NCBI GenBank assembly: GCA_002311335.1
Contig: DBZX01000055.1
Coordinates: 1 to 45,679, forward strand
Length of the DNA stretch: 45,679 bases
Reading direction: 5' to 3'
Origin: a bacterium UBP10_UBA1149
GTDB lineage: Bacteria; Desulfobacterota; Binatia; UBA1149
Shown: positions 8,613 through 16,020 of the stretch, one piece after another
Position numbering within the stretch: the stretch's first letter is position 1
Layout: the number at the start of each line of letters is the position of its first letter
The notes under the pieces: generated by a model
Databases searched by the model: none
Told to the model about the DNA's origin: nothing
Seen by the model: only the letters and a program-made list of their open reading frames with translations
Program-made: the position numbers and the translations under genes

Positions 8613-9674
8613 ATGTCCAACGGATACGGATCACCATTTGGAAACGGCGGCGGTAAGAGGCCCCCGACACCCGAGGAACTGCTGGCCCTGCTGGTGGCCA
8701 AGCTGCGGGGACGCTTCGGCGGCGCGCTGGGACTGGCCGGACTTGGCTTGGTGCTGGCCCTGTGGCTCGCCACCGGCGTGTACCAGGTCAACCCAAGCGA
8801 GGCAGGTGTAGTGCTTCGTTTCGGCAAGGTGACCGCCACCACCGGGCCGGGTCTCCACTGGCACTTTCCGTGGCCCGTAGAGACGGTTCTCAAGCCGCCG
8901 GTGACGGTGGTGCTCAAGGAAGAAGTGGGCTTCAGGACGATAGACGTGGGGCCCCCGGCGCGTTATCGGCAGGTGACCGAAGAATCCCGTATGCTCACGT
9001 CGGACGGTAACATCGTGGATCTCGATTTCATCATCCAGTACCGCATAAAGGATCCCAAGGCCTTCCTCTTCAATGTCCGCGACCCGTCCGAAACGCTTCG
9101 CGACTCGGCCGAATCGGCCATGCGTGAGGTGGTGGGGCGCAACACCATCAACAAGGCCCTTACAGAGGGGCGGCTGGAGGTACAGACCGAGGCCCAGGTG
9201 ATTCTGCAGGCCATGCTCGACCGCTACCAGGTGGGCCTGCATGTGGTCACCGTCAAGCTGCAGGACGTGGTTCCACCCGACCCGGTGCAGGACGCGTTCA
9301 AGGACGTGATCAACGCCGAGCAGGACAAGGAACGCATGATCAACGAGGCCGAGGGCTTTGCCAACGACGTGCTTCCCCGCGCCAGGGGCGATGCCGCGCA
9401 GCTGCTCAACCAGGCGCGTGGCTACTCGGAGTCGGTGGTTAAAGAAGCCGAAGGCCAGGCCGAGCGCTTCGATCTGCTCTACGACGCTTATCGTCGATCT
9501 CCAGTTGTTACGCGCAAGCGCTTGTACCTTGAAACCCTCGAAGAGGTGTTCGCCGATGTCAACATGATCATCATCGACGAGAAAATCGCGCGCGGCGCTC
9601 TTCCGCTGTTGCCGCTTGCCGGCGTGACCGGCTCCGGTGGCGCGGGCAGCAGGTCGGCCGAGGTGCCCCGGTGA
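8613..9674 (+). CDS. hflK: FtsH protease modulator HflK (SPFH/band-7)
   Basis: Gly-rich N-terminal tail (MSNGYGSPFGNGGGKRPP), one TM segment, then an SPFH domain (GVVLRFGK...GLHWHFPWP...NIVDLDFIIQYRIKDP) and a coiled-coil C-terminus. It lies directly upstream of hflC and overlaps it. Confidence 0.9.
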   Translation: MSNGYGSPFGNGGGKRPPTPEELLALLVAKLRGRFGGALGLAGLGLVLALWLATGVYQVNPSEAGVVLRFGKVTATTGPGLHWHFPWPVETVLKPPVTVVLKEEVGFRTIDVGPPARYRQVTEESRMLTSDGNIVDLDFIIQYRIKDPKAFLFNVRDPSETLRDSAESAMREVVGRNTINKALTEGRLEVQTEAQVILQAMLDRYQVGLHVVTVKLQDVVPPDPVQDAFKDVINAEQDKERMINEAEGFANDVLPRARGDAAQLLNQARGYSESVVKEAEGQAERFDLLYDAYRRSPVVTRKRLYLETLEEVFADVNMIIIDEKIARGALPLLPLAGVTGSGGAGSRSAEVPR

Positions 9675-10546
9675 ACCGCCTGACGGCAGCCGTGGTGGCC
9701 GTGGTGGCCGCGATAGCTCTTGTTTACGCGGGCACGTGCTTCAGCGTTGGCGAGTGGCAGCAGGCGATAGTGCTCAAGTTCGGTAAGCCCATGCGCACGA
9801 TAGTGGAACCCGGGCTGAACTTTCGTATACCCTTTGTCCACCAGGTGGTCTACTTCGACAAGAGACTGATGGAGTACGACGCCGCGCCGCGCGAGTTAAT
9901 AACCCGCGACAAGCAACAGCTGGTGGTAGACAACTTTTCGCGCTGGAAGATCATAGACCCGCTCAAGTTCTACCAGACCGTTATCAACGAGGCCGGGGCG
10001 CAGTCGCGTCTCGACGACATCATTTACTCCAACCTGCGCGAGGCAATCGGACAGGTGACCAGTACCGACGTGGTATCGGGCGATCGAACGAAGTTCATGG
10101 ACCAGGTCAGGTCGAATTCTGATCGTAGGGCGGCCGAGTACGGCATCAAGGTAGTCGATGTCCGTATCAAGCGAACCGACCTGCCCGAAAAGAACGAGCA
10201 GAACGTTTTTCGTCGCATGCGCACCGAGCGTGAGAGGCTGGCCAAGAAGTTTCGCGCCGAGGGAGACGAGGCATCGTCCAAGATCAGGTCGCAGGCCGAG
10301 CGCGAGAAGCGGGTTATCATGGCCGACGCGAACCGCGAATCGGAGATCATCCGCGGCAAGGCCGACGCCTTGGCCACCGACGTGTACGCCAAGGCATATG
10401 GCCGTGACGCCGAGTTCTACGGCTTTATCCGCACGCTGGAATCCTGGCGTAAAACCCTGGGAGAACAGACCACCGTGGTGCTGACCCCCTCGTCTGAGTT
10501 CCTGGAACTTCTCGTTTCCTCCCGCGCCTCGTCGCGAAAACGCTGA
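9671..10546 (+). CDS. hflC: FtsH protease modulator HflC (SPFH/band-7)
   Basis: The GTG start overlaps the hflK stop (GTGA). N-terminal TM segment, SPFH core (QAIVLKFGKP...PGLNFRIPFVHQVVYFDKR), then VVDVRIKRTDLP and a Glu/Arg-rich helix. Confidence 0.9.
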   Translation: MNRLTAAVVAVVAAIALVYAGTCFSVGEWQQAIVLKFGKPMRTIVEPGLNFRIPFVHQVVYFDKRLMEYDAAPRELITRDKQQLVVDNFSRWKIIDPLKFYQTVINEAGAQSRLDDIIYSNLREAIGQVTSTDVVSGDRTKFMDQVRSNSDRRAAEYGIKVVDVRIKRTDLPEKNEQNVFRRMRTERERLAKKFRAEGDEASSKIRSQAEREKRVIMADANRESEIIRGKADALATDVYAKAYGRDAEFYGFIRTLESWRKTLGEQTTVVLTPSSEFLELLVSSRASSRKR

Positions 10547-10684
10547 GCTTTCTTTTGTTATGCCCCCCCACAGGGGGTAGTCGCAAAATATACCCTTGAT
10601 GTAGTTGCGCGCGCCGTAGTATCTATGAGAGATACTGTACCCGGTTGCCGCGGTCGGGCGCGCTCCCACTGGAAGCTCACTGCC

Positions 10685-13195
10685 ATGAACAAAGACCAGT
10701 TCCTCGGCTTTTCTCGATCAGCTATTTGTGCTGGCCCGTTGCTTGTAGCCTTGGCCTGTCCCTTTTCGGCTGCTGCCGTCACAACCGCCGACCAGGTCTG
10801 CGCTCCCGCCGATGACCCCTGCGTCGTCAACTCGGTGGTGGTCGTTGACACCGGTGCGGTACTCGATTTTGGCCTGCGCACATTGCAGGTAACGGGCGGC
10901 GGTACACTGGACTTCGGCGGGTCGTCGGGCCAGGTAGTCTGCGGTCGGCTCGAACTCGACGCGGGCAACAACAGGGTGGATCTCAGGGGCGCTGGAGGCT
11001 TCGGGGGGTCAGTCGTGTTCCTGGTCAAGAAAGCCTGCAGTGCTGCTGCGAGCACTCCCTGCCTCAGCGATTTGGATTGCGCGCTGCTCGGGGCGGGTAG
11101 CTGCACCCTCGGTGACGGCAACGCGATCTTGAACGGCAAGGTCAGGGGAACGGTGGCTAACCCGGGATCGGTCAGCATAACGGCCGCGGCCGGCGTCTCG
11201 GTGGGCGACACGATAGACATGGACGGTACCAGCTCTGATTCTGACGGTGGGGACATCACGATTTCAGCCCTGGCTGGTCCGCTGATATTGGCGGCTGGTC
11301 TGCAGGCCACCGGCGGCGGCCTCGGCGGCGGCGGTGTCGTCTCGTTGTTTGGCGGACAGGATATTACAGTTAGCGCTGAAATAGATGTCGCCGGAGGAGA
11401 CTTCGACGGTGGCATTATAGAAATCGACGCCATGGGCGACATTGACTTGAACGCCCCGTTGTCGGCCAACGCGACTGGCGGCGAAGGCTTTGGTGGAGAG
11501 ATTTTAGTGACGGCCGCTGGCAACATCGACATAAGCGGTGGCAGCCAGGCCAACCGTATGATCTTCAGTACTGACGGAAACGGGGCCAACGGCGTGGGTG
11601 GTGACGGGGGTGAACAGGTCTACGACGCCGGCGGAACGCTGCACGTTTCGCCCTACGTAAAGTTGAGAGCCAACGGTGCTCTTCCCGACGGCTTCGGTGG
11701 TGATTTTTCGCTGGACGCCAACGGCAGTATCAACATAGAGGGTACGGTTGAATCAGTGGCCAAGGGTAGCCAGGGCGCCGGCGGGATCGTGGACATCACC
11801 TCGTTCAGCGGCGACATCCTCCTGGCCTCGGATTCGATGGTCGACTTAACTGGCGGATCGGCGGCGGGCGGGGACCTGTTTATAACAGCCTCGGGCCTGC
11901 TGGTCCTTGACGGTGACGTGGACGCTTCGGCTTCAAATGGTGGCGTGGCTGGATCCGTGGGCGCGGTGGCGGGAAGCGACCTGCTGGTGAGCGGCAGCAT
12001 TCTGACCTCGGGTGCCTCTCTGGGAGGCATATTCGGGGCTATCAGTCTCGAGGGCTGCCAGGTCCAACTGCTCTCGACGGCCGTCATCGATAACCAGGGC
12101 AACCTGGGGAAAAACATCCTCACCGGGCATGGATCGGTGAGCACGCTGGCGGGCAGTTCGATCAGCGCTGATCCGAGCGGCGAAAACAGGGCGAGGTACC
12201 GACTCGCGGCCGTACCACCGTCGCTCGCCGGCAGTCATTCGCCGGCCATCGTTACAGAACTGGTGCCGACTCTTTCGCCATGTGGGGATTGCGGCAACGG
12301 CGTAACCGATCCTGGCGAGATGTGTGATGACGGCAACCTGGTCGACGGTGATGGTTGCAGCGCGACCTGCATAGACGAGGGCTGCATAGCCGCTACGCCG
12401 GGCTATCCGGCCGTATCACTGTGTGACGACGGTGTTGGTTGTACGGTGGATTCCTGCGATGCGCAGGCCCACGTGTGTGTCAACGTGATCAGTTGCGACG
12501 ACGGAATAGCCTGCACCGTGGACAGCTGTGTCGCCGATACCTGCGCCAACCTGCCCGACGCCAACTTGTGCGGCGACGGCAACGACTGCACGGTGGATTC
12601 CTGCAGCGCGCTGACCGGTTGTGACAATTCCCCGGAAGCCGACGGGGTTTCCTGCGGCACGTCTTCTGATTTCTGCAGTCCCTCGGGCCAGTGCTCGTCT
12701 GGTAACTGCGAGGTGCTGTCGCCGACTCTCACCGGTCGCAGCCAGGTCAAGGTAAGCCTGAAGCCCGGTGTGGACACCGACAAGCTGCTGATCAAGGCCG
12801 ATCTCGCGTTGGCCGACTTTACCGTTCTCCCCAGCGACACCGGCCTGACCAGTTGGCTGGGAGACAACAACGGTTCGGAGATATGGACCGCGTCTATTCC
12901 CTCCTCTGCCTTTGAGAACAGGAGGGACGTCAAGTTCAAGTTCAAGGATAAGACCGGAGCCAACGGCGGCATAACCAAGGCCTCGGTTTCGATAATCACC
13001 AAGAGGGGGATAGCCCGGGTCAAGCTCAAAGTCGGTGGCAAATCCGGCGGTGTTGATCTCAATGCCGCTGCCGGACAGGCCCTGCTCACGGCAAGCCTCC
13101 TGTTTGGTGCCGACGTGATGAGTGGCGAGTGCCTGACAACTCCCACCGTGGTGTGCAAGGTCACGGCCCGTGCCGTGAAATGCAAGAGTAACTAG
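10685..13195 (+). CDS. large secreted protein: Gly-rich beta-helix-like repeats, cysteine-rich repeats and a Lys-rich C-terminal domain
   Basis: I moved the start to ATG 10685 (MNKDQFLGFSRSAICAGPLLVALACPFSAAAV, a signal peptide). About 500 aa follow with irregular G-G..I.I...G.I repeats (GGDITISA, GGEILVTAAGNIDISGG, AGGIVDITSFSGDILL), suggesting a parallel beta-helix. Next come CGDCGNGVTDPGEMCDDGNLVDGDGCSATC (Myxococcus-type Cys repeat) and three C.DG..CTVDSC units. The tail is Lys-rich with 3 Cys. Confidence 0.8.
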   Translation: MNKDQFLGFSRSAICAGPLLVALACPFSAAAVTTADQVCAPADDPCVVNSVVVVDTGAVLDFGLRTLQVTGGGTLDFGGSSGQVVCGRLELDAGNNRVDLRGAGGFGGSVVFLVKKACSAAASTPCLSDLDCALLGAGSCTLGDGNAILNGKVRGTVANPGSVSITAAAGVSVGDTIDMDGTSSDSDGGDITISALAGPLILAAGLQATGGGLGGGGVVSLFGGQDITVSAEIDVAGGDFDGGIIEIDAMGDIDLNAPLSANATGGEGFGGEILVTAAGNIDISGGSQANRMIFSTDGNGANGVGGDGGEQVYDAGGTLHVSPYVKLRANGALPDGFGGDFSLDANGSINIEGTVESVAKGSQGAGGIVDITSFSGDILLASDSMVDLTGGSAAGGDLFITASGLLVLDGDVDASASNGGVAGSVGAVAGSDLLVSGSILTSGASLGGIFGAISLEGCQVQLLSTAVIDNQGNLGKNILTGHGSVSTLAGSSISADPSGENRARYRLAAVPPSLAGSHSPAIVTELVPTLSPCGDCGNGVTDPGEMCDDGNLVDGDGCSATCIDEGCIAATPGYPAVSLCDDGVGCTVDSCDAQAHVCVNVISCDDGIACTVDSCVADTCANLPDANLCGDGNDCTVDSCSALTGCDNSPEADGVSCGTSSDFCSPSGQCSSGNCEVLSPTLTGRSQVKVSLKPGVDTDKLLIKADLALADFTVLPSDTGLTSWLGDNNGSEIWTASIPSSAFENRRDVKFKFKDKTGANGGITKASVSIITKRGIARVKLKVGGKSGGVDLNAAAGQALLTASLLFGADVMSGECLTTPTVVCKVTARAVKCKSN

Positions 13196-13206
13196 CCCCC
13201 TGCGCC

Positions 13207-13443
13207 GTGAACCAGATTTTTGGACTTCTGCTCTGCCTCGTTTCCTGCATTGTGCTGTGGGCGACCCCCTTGTTCGCGGCTGCCCTCGTGCTGGCTGCCA
13301 CCGAGGCCTCGTTGTTCGGTCTTGGCCTGGCGCGGTCGATGGCGGGGCGGGAGCCGCTGCGCCTGTTGATAGCAGCCGGTCACGTGGTGACGGTGTTGGC
13401 GGGATTCCTGCTCTTCAGCGGCCTGGCGATTATTTTTTCCTGA
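13207..13443 (+). CDS. small hydrophobic membrane protein (2-3 TM), unknown function
   Basis: 78 aa with a GTG start 12 nt after the preceding stop. Almost entirely hydrophobic (LLLCLVSCIVLWATPLFAAALVLAA..., VVTVLAGFLLFSGLAIIFS). Coding status rests only on hydrophobicity and position. Confidence 0.45.
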   Translation: MNQIFGLLLCLVSCIVLWATPLFAAALVLAATEASLFGLGLARSMAGREPLRLLIAAGHVVTVLAGFLLFSGLAIIFS

Positions 13444-13451
13444 GGCGAGAT

Positions 13452-13465
13452 GTTCTGCGCAGAAC
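13452..13465. promoter_or_regulatory. perfect 14-bp palindrome GTTCTGCGCAGAAC (operator or short hairpin)
   Basis: Seen directly. It lies 9 nt after the stop of the small membrane ORF and about 70 nt upstream of the arsC ATG. It could form at most a 5-bp stem with a 4-nt loop, and no T-run follows. Confidence 0.3.
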
Positions 13466-13537
13466 GCTTCACGGCAATCGGCGGTCGTTGCTTGTCTGTC
13501 CGCCCGCGATTGCTAAGCTCCGACGGCGGAGGAAAAA

Positions 13538-13891
13538 ATGGCCAAGGTTACCGTTTATCACAACCCTTCTTGAGGAAAATCGCGTGGAGTGCTGAATGTA
13601 CTCCAGGAGCGAGGCGTCGAGTTCGACGTTGTAGAGTATCTCAAAGCGCCCCTCGATCGCGAGACGCTGTCCGGACTGGTAGAGCTGGTCGGGGGTGACC
13701 CCGTGCAGATGGTCAGGACTTCCGACCGCAGGTTCAAGGACGGCGACTTGTCGTTGGCCCCGGACGCGGGCCTGCCCGAGGTCGTGGACCTGCTGCTGGA
13801 CGAGCCCGCTGTCATGCAACGCCCGGTGGTAGTGTCTGGGAAGAGGGCTGTTATAGCTCGACCCTCGGACAGGGTGCTGGAGCTACTGTGA
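13538..13891 (+). CDS. arsC: glutaredoxin-type arsenate reductase ArsC with in-frame TGA (13571-13573) at the catalytic Cys12 position; probable selenocysteine-containing protein
   Basis: ATG 13538 follows GGAGGA (13528-13533). Translation is MAKVTVYHNPS-[TGA]-GKSRGVLNVLQERGVEFDVVEYLKAP...QRPVVVSGKRAVIARPSDRVLELL. It is collinear with E. coli R773 ArsC (MSNITIYHNPACGTSR...NRPIVV...CRPSEVVLDIL, recalled from memory). The TGA is codon 12, the position of Cys12. The track ORF 13589..13891 is the same frame downstream of the TGA. Confidence 0.7.
13585..13605 (+). promoter_or_regulatory. SECIS-like mRNA hairpin downstream of the arsC TGA
   Basis: UGGAGUGC (13585-13592) pairs with GUACUCCA (13598-13605), giving 8 bp including one G.U, with apical loop UGAAU. 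The hairpin begins after an 11-nt spacer from the TGA. Confidence 0.5.
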
Positions 13892-13940
13892 GCGCGCCCC
13901 GGCTCGCGTTCGGGCCAGGGTCGCCGACGTGGAGCCGCTG

Positions 13941-14600
13941 ATGGGAGGCCGCCCCAGCTGCGCGATTTTTGATCTCGACGGCGTCCTGCTGGACACCGAA
14001 CCCTTCTACACCCGGGCGAGCACCGAGGTGGTGCAGAAGTGGGGGAAGACCTTTGACTGGTCGCTCAAGGCCAACATGATAGGGCGCCCGGCCATCGAGT
14101 CGGCCCGCTATCTCGTCGCGGCCCTCGAGCTACCCGTGTCGCCCGAAGAATACCTCTCCCTGCGCACCGCCACCCTCGAGAGCCTGTTTCCGACCTCACC
14201 CGAATGCGACGGCGCACGCGACTTCTGCGCGTTGCTCGCCAGGGAGGGCCTGCGACAGGCGGTGGCAACGAGCAGCACGCGCCGCTTGTACGAGATGAAA
14301 ATTTCGCAACACGGGCCGTGGTTCAAAGACTTCGACGTTATAGTTACCGGCGATGACAAGGAGGTGGGGCAAGGCAAGCCCGCTCCCGATATCTTCCTGT
14401 TGGCCGCCGCACGGCTTGGCGCCGAGCCGGCCGACTGCGTGGTGTTCGAAGACTCCCCGGCCGGTGTGCAGGCTGCACGCGCGGCTGGGATGAGGGTAGT
14501 GGCCTTGCCCGACCCGTTGCTGGGCCGCGAGAAAGTCGCCGACGCCGACCTCGTGGTCGACTCGTTCCGGGACCTGCGCCTTACCGACCTCTGGCTCTAG
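13941..14600 (+). CDS. HAD-IA family hydrolase (beta-phosphoglucomutase / pseudouridine-5'-phosphatase-like)
   Basis: I prefer ATG 13941 (GGAG 6 nt upstream) over GTG 13929. HAD motif I is AIFDLDGVLLDTE. Motif II region is ATSS. Motif III/IV region is GKPAPDIFL...VVFEDSPAGVQAARAAGM. Confidence 0.85.
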   Translation: MGGRPSCAIFDLDGVLLDTEPFYTRASTEVVQKWGKTFDWSLKANMIGRPAIESARYLVAALELPVSPEEYLSLRTATLESLFPTSPECDGARDFCALLAREGLRQAVATSSTRRLYEMKISQHGPWFKDFDVIVTGDDKEVGQGKPAPDIFLLAAARLGAEPADCVVFEDSPAGVQAARAAGMRVVALPDPLLGREKVADADLVVDSFRDLRLTDLWL

Positions 14601-14622
14601 AGCGGCACCCGGCAGCCAGGCG

Positions 14623-15762
14623 TCAGCACACTACGCCGTCGGCCTTGAGCGCTTCCTGCTCGTCTTCCGACAGGCCGAGGCCCGACAGTATGACGGCCGT
14701 GTGCTGGCCAATGGCGGGTGCCTCGCTGCCAGCCCGTCCCGGTGTTCGCAGCAGGCGCGGAGAGGGCGCGGGCACCGGCGGTCCCGAGACCCCGGCAACG
14801 AAACTCTCTCGTTCGACGCTGTGGGGGTGGGAGGCAACTTCGTCGATGGCTAGTATCGGCGCCACGCAGGCGTCGCTACCGTCAAATACCGCGCACCATT
14901 CGTCCCGGCTGCGACCGCCGAACACCGAGGCAAACTTTTCCTTCATCGCCGGCCAGGTCGACTGGTCCATCTGGGCAGGGAGGTCATCAGCGGCGAGGCC
15001 CATGCCTTCGATCAGCGCTGCATAAAACTGGGGTTCGATGGCACCCACCGACAGCCAGCGCTTGTCCGAGGTTTCGTAGGTGCCGTAGAAGTGTGCCGCG
15101 CCGTCGAGCAGGTTGGTGCCGCGTTCGGCTTTCCAGTAGCCCTGGGCCTGGAAGCCGAATATGAATGACGCGAGGCTGGCCGCTCCGTCTACCATGGCCG
15201 AGTCTATGACCTGGCCTTTGCCGGAACGTTCTCGCTCGAGCAGGGCCATCACTACACCCATGGCGCACAGCATACCGCCACCGGCAAAGTCGCCCAGGAG
15301 ATTGATGGGGGGCTCGGGCTTGTCGTTTTCACGGCCGAGCAGGTGCAGCACCCCCGACATGGCGACGTAGTTTATGTCGTGGCCGGCCATCGAAGCGTAG
15401 GGACCCTGCTGGCCGTAGCCGGTGAGCCTGGCGTAGACCAGCCGCGGGTTGCGCTCGTCGAGGACGTCGGGGCCCAGGCCTAGTTTTTCCATTACGCCGG
15501 GCCTGAACGGCTCTATGAGGGCGTCGGCATTTTCAGCGAGCTTGAGCAACAGCTCGATCCCCCGGGGATCCTTCAGGTTGATGGCAACCGACTGCTTGCC
15601 CCTGGCCAAGGCGTCCGCGGTGGCGTCGGGCAACATGCCGGGCACACCAGGACGGTCGACCCTGATCAGCTCAGCGCCGAAATCGGCCAGTATCATCCCG
15701 GCGTAAGGTACCGGCGCGAGTCCGGCCAGCTCGATTATTCTAAATCCTTTCAGTGGACCCAT
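14623..15762 (-). CDS. CaiB/BaiF family III CoA-transferase (alpha-methylacyl-CoA racemase-like)
   Basis: Start set at MGPLKGFRIIELAGLAPVPYAGMILADFGAELIRVDRP (AGGAG upstream). This N-terminal motif, together with GHDINY and GDFAGGG, is characteristic of CoA_transf_3 and racemase members. Confidence 0.85.
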   Translation of the reverse strand: MGPLKGFRIIELAGLAPVPYAGMILADFGAELIRVDRPGVPGMLPDATADALARGKQSVAINLKDPRGIELLLKLAENADALIEPFRPGVMEKLGLGPDVLDERNPRLVYARLTGYGQQGPYASMAGHDINYVAMSGVLHLLGRENDKPEPPINLLGDFAGGGMLCAMGVVMALLERERSGKGQVIDSAMVDGAASLASFIFGFQAQGYWKAERGTNLLDGAAHFYGTYETSDKRWLSVGAIEPQFYAALIEGMGLAADDLPAQMDQSTWPAMKEKFASVFGGRSRDEWCAVFDGSDACVAPILAIDEVASHPHSVERESFVAGVSGPPVPAPSPRLLRTPGRAGSEAPAIGQHTAVILSGLGLSEDEQEALKADGVVC

Positions 15763-15908
15763 TCCTGACTCCTGCATTCCATGAAACAGTGGGGGTTAAG
15801 AACTGCGCAAAACAATGAAACAGCAGCCCGGTTTAGTCGATATGTTACGCCGAGTCCATGTTTGCACCCCCGAACGGGGGGGGCTGGATGCCTAAACGAG
15901 GTTTTTCA

Positions 15909-15938
15909 TTGACACCGAGACGGCGCGGAATGCATACT
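15909..15938 (+). promoter_or_regulatory. putative sigma70-type promoter for the 1262-aa cysteine-repeat gene
   Basis: TTGACA (15909-15914), an 18-nt spacer, then CATACT (15933-15938), about 80 nt upstream of ATG 16021. Sequence match only. Confidence 0.3.
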
Positions 15939-16020
15939 CGGCAGGCAGTACCCTGGGGCAGCCCGCCGCGGTGCAGGCCCGGGACTGGTCGGGATGCGCG
16001 CAGGGGAAGGATATACAGGC

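Noticed and set aside
10558-11589. 343-aa Pro/Ser/Ala-rich minus-strand ORF
   Set aside because: It is antisense to the Gly-rich beta-helix region of 10685..13195. GGC/GCC-rich coding DNA stays open on the opposite strand. There is no start context and no domain.
13589-13891. Interpreting the ArsC fragment as an N-terminally truncated gene or pseudogene
   Set aside because: The upstream 11 codons, the SD and the ATG are intact and in frame. The single stop coincides with the catalytic Cys codon and a SECIS-like hairpin follows. Sec recoding is more parsimonious, though unproven.
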